From Candidatus Kapaibacterium sp. (GTDB lineage Bacteria; Bacteroidota; Ignavibacteria; Kapaibacteriales; UBA4661), in the NCBI GenBank assembly GCA_025363605.1, contig JANYDO010000135.1, positions 1-59,113 of the forward strand: a DNA stretch of 59,113 bases, written 5' to 3'. Position numbers and translations under genes: made by a program. The notes under the pieces are model-generated. The model saw nothing but the letters and a program-made list of their open reading frames with translations. It was not told the DNA's origin and did no database searches. Below, piece by piece: positions 9,066 through 19,744 of the stretch (positions within the stretch are counted from its first letter, which is position 1; each line of letters starts with the position of its first letter).

Positions 9066-10736
9066 CTACCGCCCCTCCACCACCGCAATCTCCTCCGCCG
9101 TCAAATCATATAACCCATACACCAACGCATCTATCGCGCGGTCGGTCGCTTCCAGCGTGGCTTTTAGTGCGGCGGCTTCTTGCTGCTTTTTCTCGAAGTA
9201 GGTCAGCAGTTCTTCCTTTTTGTCCAGCGATAGTTGCACTTTGGCTTTTTTCAGTTCTGCTTCCAGTTCTGCCCACGTGAGCGTGTCCCATGCTTGGAGT
9301 TTTGTGCTGGGTTTCGTTATTCCCGTTTCCGTGCAAAGCAGCGTCAGGACTCGCTTGCGGAGGTCGGAAAGGCTCTTGTTTGTGGCAATCATTGTTTCAA
9401 CGTAGCTTCGTAACAAGGGAGTATGCTCCCTTGTTTCCAGATTGGACGGGATGGGCAGTTGCACCAAGTACATCGGTTTATATTCGTAGAAGCCGCCTTG
9501 CTTCGTGGCTGCGATGCTGTGCATGAAAAAGTCCGTTGCTTTCGAGTTCAGCACAGCGAGCAAGGCTTTGTCATCGACACCGATAATGCTTGTTTTGTCG
9601 TTGGAGTAAAAACCACTTACATCCACAAGGTACGATGCGGTCTGCACGATTGCCGGAACGATAATCTTCGGCTTTTCAAATTCTTCGTAATACTCACACG
9701 CTCTGAGTTCCCACCAATACTCGCCTTTGTCAGAGCGCTTTCGGGCAGCATCAGCAAATGGAGCAAGATGCTTGAAAATAGCCGGATATGAGACTTGAAG
9801 CCATTCCCACGCTTCTTCCGCAACAAGGGAGCATGCTCCCTTGTTCAATTCGTAGTGCCGTCGCGTCCAACCCTTCGGAAAGAGTATCAAATAATTCTCC
9901 GCTTCCGGCGTTGCATACCGCTTCACATCTCGCCCCGCAAGAAATGGCTTCAGTACATCCGCGCTTTTCGGGTCTTCAGCGATAAGACGGGCGCGGGTGG
10001 CTGCGTCCACCACAAATGCTTCGTTCAAACCTGTCAATACACCGCGATAAATTTTTCCCTGCACATACTCGCCAAGCGGCGTACCTGCTGCGCGGAGTTT
10101 TGCCAGCAGCCCGCTTACTGCATTGTTGGTCAGCGACCAGCCTTCATCGTGCAGTTGTGCCGTACTCACGGCAAAGCGCATCCGCTCTACTTCTGCTAAA
10201 AGGCTCTCAAAATCAAGCGTGGTGAGGTTTGCAGCCCTAAACGCTTCTTTCGGTGCGCCTTTGCGAATCCGCAGCACACACGGGTACGCAATCGCGTCCT
10301 CAAACACGGGTAAATCGCCAAAATCAATAATTTCCTCCAACGATTGCGCTTTCATCCAGCGACGAAGCGGCTCTCCGTAGCTTGCCCGCATCCACTTATT
10401 GGCAACAATGATACTGTACAAACCGCCCTCTTTCAGCAATCGGACGCTTTGCTCCATGAAGTAGGCGTATAAATCCGCGCTGCCATGCGCAACGGTGTAG
10501 TTTTGGGCAAGAAACACCTTCATTGCTTCGGGCAAAAGCTCTTGGCGAACATACGGCGGATTTCCCACAATCACATCAAAGCCGCCTGTTGTGATTGGCT
10601 CGAAAGCGCGTTCTACGGGAGTCATCACTCGTTGAACAAGGGAGCATACTCCCTTGTTTTCGGGAAGGTCGTGTTTTATGCGGTTGTTTTCAATGTAATT
10701 CAATACACTCAGCAATTCCGCATCACTTTCAATCAA
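9066..10736 (-). CDS. C-terminal RM fragment (RAYT tail, MTase motif IV NPPY, TaqI_C-like specificity domain)
   Basis: The ORF as tracked starts at a TTG and has no convincing independent start. The first in-frame ATG is at ~10625 (MTPVERAFEPITTGGFDVIVGNPPY). It is probably not expressed as a functional unit. Confidence 0.5.
   Translation of the reverse strand: MIESDAELLSVLNYIENNRIKHDLPENKGVCSLVQRVMTPVERAFEPITTGGFDVIVGNPPYVRQELLPEAMKVFLAQNYTVAHGSADLYAYFMEQSVRLLKEGGLYSIIVANKWMRASYGEPLRRWMKAQSLEEIIDFGDLPVFEDAIAYPCVLRIRKGAPKEAFRAANLTTLDFESLLAEVERMRFAVSTAQLHDEGWSLTNNAVSGLLAKLRAAGTPLGEYVQGKIYRGVLTGLNEAFVVDAATRARLIAEDPKSADVLKPFLAGRDVKRYATPEAENYLILFPKGWTRRHYELNKGACSLVAEEAWEWLQVSYPAIFKHLAPFADAARKRSDKGEYWWELRACEYYEEFEKPKIIVPAIVQTASYLVDVSGFYSNDKTSIIGVDDKALLAVLNSKATDFFMHSIAATKQGGFYEYKPMYLVQLPIPSNLETREHTPLLRSYVETMIATNKSLSDLRKRVLTLLCTETGITKPSTKLQAWDTLTWAELEAELKKAKVQLSLDKKEELLTYFEKKQQEAAALKATLEATDRAIDALVYGLYDLTAEEIAVVEGR
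9412..9435. repeat. REP-like palindrome P1
   Basis: AACAAGGGAGtATGCTCCCTTGTT, 1 mismatch to the perfect 24-mer. Read as TREHTPL in the RM frame. Confidence 0.9.
9822..9845. repeat. REP-like palindrome P2
   Basis: AACAAGGGAGCATGCTCCCTTGTT, perfect. Read as NKGACSLV in the RM frame. Confidence 0.9.
10635..10658. repeat. REP-like palindrome P3
   Basis: AACAAGGGAGCATaCTCCCTTGTT, 1 mismatch. Read as NKGVCSLV. It lies immediately after the RAYT-like ...NRIKHDLPE. Confidence 0.9.
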
Positions 10737-10745
10737 ATTACAGTG

Positions 10746-13046
10746 CTATTTCTGCGCCCAGAGATGGCGTTGTGCGAGACCTCTTCGCGTCTTGGTATCG
10801 GATGCGGTATCGTCTAACAAGGGAGCATGCTCCCTTGTTAGTACCGGGTTGTTATGCTGTCCGCTCTCGTCTGGCAAGGGAGCATGCTCCCTTGTTAGTA
10901 TCGGTAGTAATATCGAGATTTGAGGGACAGTATATCCATGTGCAATGTTGAATTTTCGTGCAGATACAGCTTTTAATTTTTGCACAATTTTATCCCGTTC
11001 ATGCTCTTCACAAACAAGTACCAAATGAACATGGTCTTGGCAGATATTATAGCCCAATACGCGCAGTTTATCTTCTCGAATAATATCTGCAATATATTCT
11101 GAAATCTCTATTTCTTCTGATTCGTTCAGTACCGTTGGCTCTTGAATTGGGTTTTGCCCCTTGTTCATGCGGAGATACTTGATAACTGCTTCGTATTCTA
11201 TCATACGCTCGCTTACACGACTGTTATGTGTTACCCACGTGATGTGATAGGCTTGAAGGCACTTCTGCGAAAACACTTCAGGAAACGCCGCCGACCAATC
11301 AAACGCCGCTTCTCCGGCTACATTCGGGTCGTCCACGAGCGAGTTCCCGCACCGAATCGTGTGGTCGAGCGTGGTAAGTTCTTTCGAGCGGTCTGCCGTT
11401 TTGAGCCAGAGCGAAAGCCGCGTAATTTCTACGCTTTCGGGGTTCACGTCCACGCCGTACAGGTTATTTTGCAGAATGTCTTTTTGCAAGTCGCCGGTGG
11501 TGGTTTGTCCGAGTTGCAGCCGCGCCAATTCAGCATTGACGCGCTGCCCGTCGGCATAAAGAAAATCAAACACCTGATTCAAAAATGCACCGCTCCCGCA
11601 CGCAGGGTCGCACACTTTCACGGCAGCAAGTTTCTCGCGGTACGCCGTCCATGCTGCGATGTGCCGTTCAATGGTTTTGTTGTACGTCAGGACGTTCCGT
11701 TTGTCGCGTTTGATGCTTTGCCAATCGGCATCGGTGATGTCGGGAAGTGCATCAAAGCCACATTCTGCCTTGCGCTCTTCCAAATACCCGCCAACGGTCT
11801 CCTGCACGATATAGCGCGTAATGTATTCGGGCGTGTAGAAAATACCGTCTTTTTTGCGCTTGCCCTTGCTTGCATCGTGCGCCGCGCCTGCGATTTGGGC
11901 TTTCAGTTCTTCAATGTCGGTGATGGACTGCTCGAAAATATGCCCCAGAATATTGACATTCAGGTCGCTGTCGAAATCATACTTTTCCAGCGCGATGATA
12001 TGCTCCAGCACGCTGTCCTTGATAACCAAAGCATCCAACTCGGCATCATCGGCAAATAAACCGCCGTTGAATTTGTTGATGTGTTCTTCGGGATAGCCTT
12101 CGTTGATAGCCACAAACAAGCCGCGCACTCTGTCCCAAATTTTCGTGTCGCTGCGGTTGAATTTGTCGCGCTTCACGTCTTTCAGAAGCCGCCGGAAGGT
12201 GCGCCGGGGAATGATTTCTTTGTCTTCCACAAAGCAGATAAAAACAACGCGGTCGAGCAGCTTTTGTGTTTTGTTCAGCACAAGCAATTCCGGTGCGGAA
12301 GGATTTGCCGCGCACAAGTGCTTGAAAAGGTCGTTGCGGGCTTGTTTGTATTCGGCGTAAAATTCTTTGGTGATGCGGTCTTCTTCCTTCACCCGCGCAG
12401 CAAAGAGTTCTTCGGTGCGAGAACTGGTCTCGTTTTCCGTGCTGCTTTCAGACAACGGCAAAAGATTGTCGCGGTGCATGAGAAAGAGCAAACGCCTCAG
12501 TTCATGCGATTCGGTGAGACGCGAAAGCTCGAATCGCTCGTATTTGGATTGGTCGGAATGATGATACAAGCGGAGTTCAAGGTAATTCGAGACAATCACC
12601 CATTTGCAGCTTCCACCAGCCTTCGGCGCGTAGCTGAATGCTTGCTCAACAGGAGTGCGTTTGTCATTTTGGCGTTTTTGCGGTTTGTCGAGGTCGTGCG
12701 TAGCGTCTTTGAGTTCAATCACAGCATAGACGCGGGAAACGCTTTCGCTTCCCTGCATTGCAAAAAAGCCCAGCACACCGTCCGGCACGGAACTATCGGC
12801 GTGAGAAGTTTGATTTTTGGTGAGCGTCCACGCGCCGCTTGCACGGTTATCGCTGAAGCCGAGCATATCCCGAAAAAAGTGCGCGAGAAATTGTCCGTCC
12901 AGTTCAGTTTCTTTGGCGGCAAGAATGCTGCGATTATCAATCATACGCTTCCACTCTTGAGCGCGAAGGAGAGCGTTTTCGGGCGGTTCGGGCAAGGAAG
13001 CAAGGTGCTGCTGGAGAGACTTCGGCGAAAAAAGCGGTGTGTGCAT
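10746..13046 (-). CDS. N-terminal RM fragment (nuclease plus MTase motif I) fused in-frame to the N-terminal two-thirds of a RAYT-like transposase; ends at TAG
   Basis: Start taken at the ATG at 13046 (MHTPLFSPKSLQQHL). The RM sequence runs to ...FPEVFSQK (to ~11262). It then reads straight into CLQAYHITWVTHNSRV...QDHVHLVLV...RHLWAQK*. Confidence 0.7.
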   Translation of the reverse strand: MHTPLFSPKSLQQHLASLPEPPENALLRAQEWKRMIDNRSILAAKETELDGQFLAHFFRDMLGFSDNRASGAWTLTKNQTSHADSSVPDGVLGFFAMQGSESVSRVYAVIELKDATHDLDKPQKRQNDKRTPVEQAFSYAPKAGGSCKWVIVSNYLELRLYHHSDQSKYERFELSRLTESHELRRLLFLMHRDNLLPLSESSTENETSSRTEELFAARVKEEDRITKEFYAEYKQARNDLFKHLCAANPSAPELLVLNKTQKLLDRVVFICFVEDKEIIPRRTFRRLLKDVKRDKFNRSDTKIWDRVRGLFVAINEGYPEEHINKFNGGLFADDAELDALVIKDSVLEHIIALEKYDFDSDLNVNILGHIFEQSITDIEELKAQIAGAAHDASKGKRKKDGIFYTPEYITRYIVQETVGGYLEERKAECGFDALPDITDADWQSIKRDKRNVLTYNKTIERHIAAWTAYREKLAAVKVCDPACGSGAFLNQVFDFLYADGQRVNAELARLQLGQTTTGDLQKDILQNNLYGVDVNPESVEITRLSLWLKTADRSKELTTLDHTIRCGNSLVDDPNVAGEAAFDWSAAFPEVFSQKCLQAYHITWVTHNSRVSERMIEYEAVIKYLRMNKGQNPIQEPTVLNESEEIEISEYIADIIREDKLRVLGYNICQDHVHLVLVCEEHERDKIVQKLKAVSARKFNIAHGYTVPQISILLPILTREHAPLPDESGQHNNPVLTREHAPLLDDTASDTKTRRGLAQRHLWAQK
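10816..10839. repeat. REP-like palindrome P4
   Basis: Perfect 24-mer, extendable to 26 nt (TAACAAGGG...CCCTTGTTA, 10815-10840). Read as TREHAPLL inside the RAYT-like region. Confidence 0.9.
10875..10896. repeat. REP-like palindrome P5
   Basis: gCAAGGGAGCATGCTCCCTTGTT, with the left arm shortened by 1-2 nt. Read as TREHAPL. It lies 35 nt from P4. Confidence 0.85.
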
Positions 13047-13225
13047 GGGAAACAGCAAAAAACATGATGAAGAATCAGAAAATTCCGATGGCACAAAATA
13101 CAAAAAAGCGAAAGAAACAGCAAGATAGCGGCTTCCAAAGATTCAAGATTCTGTTTTTGTCGGTGCTTTTGTGTATTTTGCGTATTCATTCCACATTCTC
13201 CTGTAACACCAATACAACCAATCTC

Positions 13226-14086
13226 ATGAACCAAGATATCATCAACCTCTACGACGAATACACCCACGCACCGCTTGACCGTCGCACGTTTCTCACGCGA
13301 CTTGCCGAACTCACCGGTGGCTTGGCAGCAGCAATGGCGCTCGTACCCTTGCTGGAAGCAAACCAAGCACAAGCAGCGCAGCTTGCGCCTGACGATGCAC
13401 GTCTTGAAACCGAACGCACGAGCTACAAAGGCGCAACGGGGGATGTGAAGGTTTACACAGCAAACCCCAAAGGAGCTTCCAAACTACCAACGGTGCTGGT
13501 GATCCACGAAAATCGCGGGCTAAATCCGCACATTGAGGATGTAACACGGCGGATTGCGTTGGAAGGCTTTTTTGCTATTGCGACCGACCTACTTTCTCCT
13601 CTAGGCGGCACACCAAACAACGAAGACACTGCACGCGAGATGATAGGAAAACTTATGGCTACTGAGACCATTCAAAACCTCGTGGCAGGCATAGCATTTT
13701 TTGCAAAGCAGCCCCGCAGTAATGGCAACGTCGGCGCAATGGGCTTTTGCTGGGGCGGCGGGACGGTGGGCGATTTGGCAGTGAACGCACCGAGTCTCAA
13801 GGCAGGAGTGGTTTACTATGGTCGCCAACCCAAAGCGGCGGACGTGGAGAAAATATCCGCACCGCTTCTGCTCCATTATGCAGGGCTGGACGAGCGCGTC
13901 AATGCAGGGATTCCGGCATTTGAAGAAGCACTCAAAAAAGCACAGAAAAAATACACCCTCCACGTTTACGAAGGCGTGAACCACGCTTTCAACAACGACA
14001 CCTCCCAAGCTCGGTACAACAAACAAGCCGCCGAAACAGCATGGGTGCGGACAGTAGCGTTTTTGAAAGAGCAATTAAAAGCATAA
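13226..14086 (+). CDS. Dienelactone hydrolase family protein, probably Tat-exported
   Basis: From ORF 13037..14086, trimmed to the ATG at 13226 (MNQDIINLYDEYTHAPLDRRTFLTRLA...). RRTFL is twin-arginine-like. The nucleophile motif is GFCWGG. Confidence 0.75.
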   Translation: MNQDIINLYDEYTHAPLDRRTFLTRLAELTGGLAAAMALVPLLEANQAQAAQLAPDDARLETERTSYKGATGDVKVYTANPKGASKLPTVLVIHENRGLNPHIEDVTRRIALEGFFAIATDLLSPLGGTPNNEDTAREMIGKLMATETIQNLVAGIAFFAKQPRSNGNVGAMGFCWGGGTVGDLAVNAPSLKAGVVYYGRQPKAADVEKISAPLLLHYAGLDERVNAGIPAFEEALKKAQKKYTLHVYEGVNHAFNNDTSQARYNKQAAETAWVRTVAFLKEQLKA

Positions 14087-14107
14087 CCAACGACGACGAC
14101 CATATCG

Positions 14108-14992
14108 TTATCGTTTCGACTTCACCCCGCCTTCGTTTGCTTCTGCCTTCGTGGTTAGCGTCATATTAACCGAGCGCAATTCTTCCACCAGCAGCGCCAA
14201 ATCTTTCTCTTGGGTACGTGCGCGTCCGCCGGAAAGCCGCTCCGAAAGCATATCGTATAAATTCATCGGCGTTACGCCCGGCACAAACGCGCCTTCTTCG
14301 GCAAGCGATATTTTTCCCGTTTCTTCCGATACCACCAGCACCAGCACGTCCGCTTGCTCAGAGATGCCCATAGCGGCGCGGTGGCGCGTTCCCAAGTGCT
14401 TGCCTTGAAAGCGCGTGGTGAGGCTGAGAGGCAGGATACATCGTGCCGCTTCAATCACACCGTTTTGAATGACGATTGCTCCGTCGTGCAGGGGAGATTT
14501 GGGGTTGAAAATCGAAACAAGTAGTTCTTTAGAAAGCTGCGCCTGAAGCGGGATGCCCGTTTCGATGGTCATTTTGATATTTGTCGAGCGAGCAAAAACA
14601 ATAAGCGCTCCGGTGTGCTTTTCCGACATTTCGATAGCGGCGCGGGCTATTTCGTCCAACGTTTCGTTCATCTGCGAGCGCGTGAAAGCGCTGAAAATCG
14701 GCGACCGTACAATCAGCAAAAGAACGCGCCGTATTTCCTGCGAGAACAACACTACAAACGCCAAAAGCCAGATGCCGCCCAGCGTCCGCAAGATAAGATT
14801 CAGCAACCGCAGATGAAATGCTTCGGTCAAAAAATACACACCCAATATCACGACGATGGCATAGAATATCTGTACCGCAACGGTGTTTTTCACTGTTTGG
14901 TAAAGAAAGTACAGCGTAAAGGCAACGATGAGAATATCAATCACATCAACAATCGTGACGCTGATAAACCATATTTTGAAGAGTTCGACCAT
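14108..14992 (-). CDS. cdaA: Diadenylate cyclase (membrane-anchored, CdaA-type)
   Basis: Three N-terminal TM helices followed by a DAC domain with the hallmark motifs HDGAIVI (DGA) and GTRHRAA (RHR). Confidence 0.85.
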   Translation of the reverse strand: MVELFKIWFISVTIVDVIDILIVAFTLYFLYQTVKNTVAVQIFYAIVVILGVYFLTEAFHLRLLNLILRTLGGIWLLAFVVLFSQEIRRVLLLIVRSPIFSAFTRSQMNETLDEIARAAIEMSEKHTGALIVFARSTNIKMTIETGIPLQAQLSKELLVSIFNPKSPLHDGAIVIQNGVIEAARCILPLSLTTRFQGKHLGTRHRAAMGISEQADVLVLVVSEETGKISLAEEGAFVPGVTPMNLYDMLSERLSGGRARTQEKDLALLVEELRSVNMTLTTKAEANEGGVKSKR

Positions 14993-14997
14993 AATTG

Positions 14998-15612
14998 TTA
15001 AAATTCCTTCGGTACAAAGTCTTTCGGAACGTCCAAACGAAAGGTGGTATCGCTCATTCGGGCAAGGTAGAATCCAGCTTTGTACACCCGTTCTTCTACA
15101 CCTCTGCTTGTGTGGATTGCGGCTATAACGCCGTAGAGTTTCATAGATGCATATTCCGGGAAGAATGTACGAACATCTTCCATTTTTTTGACGACTTTGG
15201 ATAATTCTTGTTGATTCAGATTACTTTTCACCTCAATCACGACACAAATATTCCGTGAACCATTGACCAGTCCTCGTGCGTCGAGTTCGATGTGCCGCCC
15301 GTCTGCCATCTCGCGCTCCACGTGCCAATCCAGCACATCGACACCAAATGTTTTGCGGACAACCCGTTTGAGCGAAGGCAGCATCAAGCCCTCAGCAAAC
15401 TTGCCGAACTTATCGTGAATGCCGCTGATTTGCTTACCGAGTTCGCGGAGTTGTTTGTCGGTTTTGCGGCGCTCTGCCTCAGTTTTTTGCCTCTCGGCAG
15501 CAAATTCTTCCTTGTAGCGCTGGGTGTCCGCCGCAAGGCTTCCTATCAGGTCTCTCAGTTCTTGGTCGGTCATGGCGTTTGAAGAAACAATAAATGAATA
15601 TTCCTGTGCCAT
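14998..15612 (-). CDS. Coiled-coil plus PD-(D/E)XK nuclease-fold protein (DUF3782-like)
   Basis: From ORF 14998..15639; the start is uncertain (ATG at 15612 or further downstream). The N-terminal part is charged and coiled-coil-like (KEEFAAERQKTEAERRKTDKQLRELGKQ). The C-terminal part has IELD...VVIEVKS (D...ExK). It ends 5 nt upstream of the cdaA start. Confidence 0.55.
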   Translation of the reverse strand: MAQEYSFIVSSNAMTDQELRDLIGSLAADTQRYKEEFAAERQKTEAERRKTDKQLRELGKQISGIHDKFGKFAEGLMLPSLKRVVRKTFGVDVLDWHVEREMADGRHIELDARGLVNGSRNICVVIEVKSNLNQQELSKVVKKMEDVRTFFPEYASMKLYGVIAAIHTSRGVEERVYKAGFYLARMSDTTFRLDVPKDFVPKEF

Positions 15613-15750
15613 TATAGCCAGAACAGCACAAAAACCCAAGACTTTTCTTCAGACTTTTCTCTGCAAAATGTATTCACATCTTGCATACTCGCTGTATCTT
15701 CGCTATTTTTCCGCTAGTTCGCTCATTCCTCATTTTCTTTGTGAGAATCC

Positions 15751-19704
<3,954 letters not shown>

Positions 19705-19744
19705 GCCTTTTTACTACTGATACTACATCTCTTCTCAGAAAATC

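Larger units (their letters stand above)
10587..11261 (-). mobile_element. RAYT-like (REP-associated tyrosine transposase, IS200/Y1_Tnp-type HUH) module inserted in-frame in the RM gene
   Basis: YHITWVTHNSR N-terminal strand. HUH motif HVH (11025-11033). LWAQK[TAG]HCNLIESDAELLSVLNYIENNRIKHDL matches the RAYT C-terminal pattern W-Q-x-x-(F/Y)-x-x-H-x-I...Y-I-x-x-N-P-x-K-H. The putative catalytic Tyr codon is at 10695-10697. The module has no start codon of its own. Boundaries are uncertain by about 50 nt. Confidence 0.65.
9066..13046 (-). pseudogene. Type IIG restriction endonuclease/N6-adenine DNA methyltransferase (Eco57I/TaqI_C-like), interrupted by a RAYT-like insertion and one in-frame TAG
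   Basis: The two ORFs (10746..13103 and 9066..10736) are in the same frame and are separated only by the TAG at 10746-10748. RM elements: PD-(D/E)XK (PDGVLGF...VIELKD), SAM motif I VCDPACGSGAFL (~11585-11612), FDWSAAFPEVF, motif IV GGFDVIVGNPPYV (NPPY at 10551-10562), TaqI_C-like IYRGVLTGLNEAFVVD, and the characteristic tail IDALVYGLYDLTAEEIAVVEGR. Confidence 0.8.

Noticed and set aside
9053-9280. Proline-rich ORF (MNPPPTAPPPPQSPPP...) right after the cassette.
   Set aside because: It is antisense to the conserved C-terminal tail of the RM gene. The RM reading has a paralogous copy at 6986-7066, which supports the minus-strand frame.
10746-10748. TAG as a programmed recoding signal (pyrrolysine or read-through) that would make the RM-RAYT chimera a full-length protein.
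   Set aside because: No pyl genes or obvious recoding structure are seen in the window. TAG is also used as the ordinary stop of the same gene (9066-9068). A simple nonsense mutation is more parsimonious. This cannot be fully excluded without read and proteome data.
9412-10896. Whether the five palindromes constitute a CRISPR array.
   Set aside because: Spacing is irregular (about 386, 789, 157 and 35 nt between copies). The copies sit inside a continuous ORF. A full perfect palindrome is atypical for CRISPR repeats. No cas genes are in the window.
13100-13230. Search for a duplicated tRNA-fMet 3' end (attR) at the far side of the island.
   Set aside because: Only a 6-nt match (TCCTGT) was found. 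With no integrase either, there is no support for a classical integrative element.
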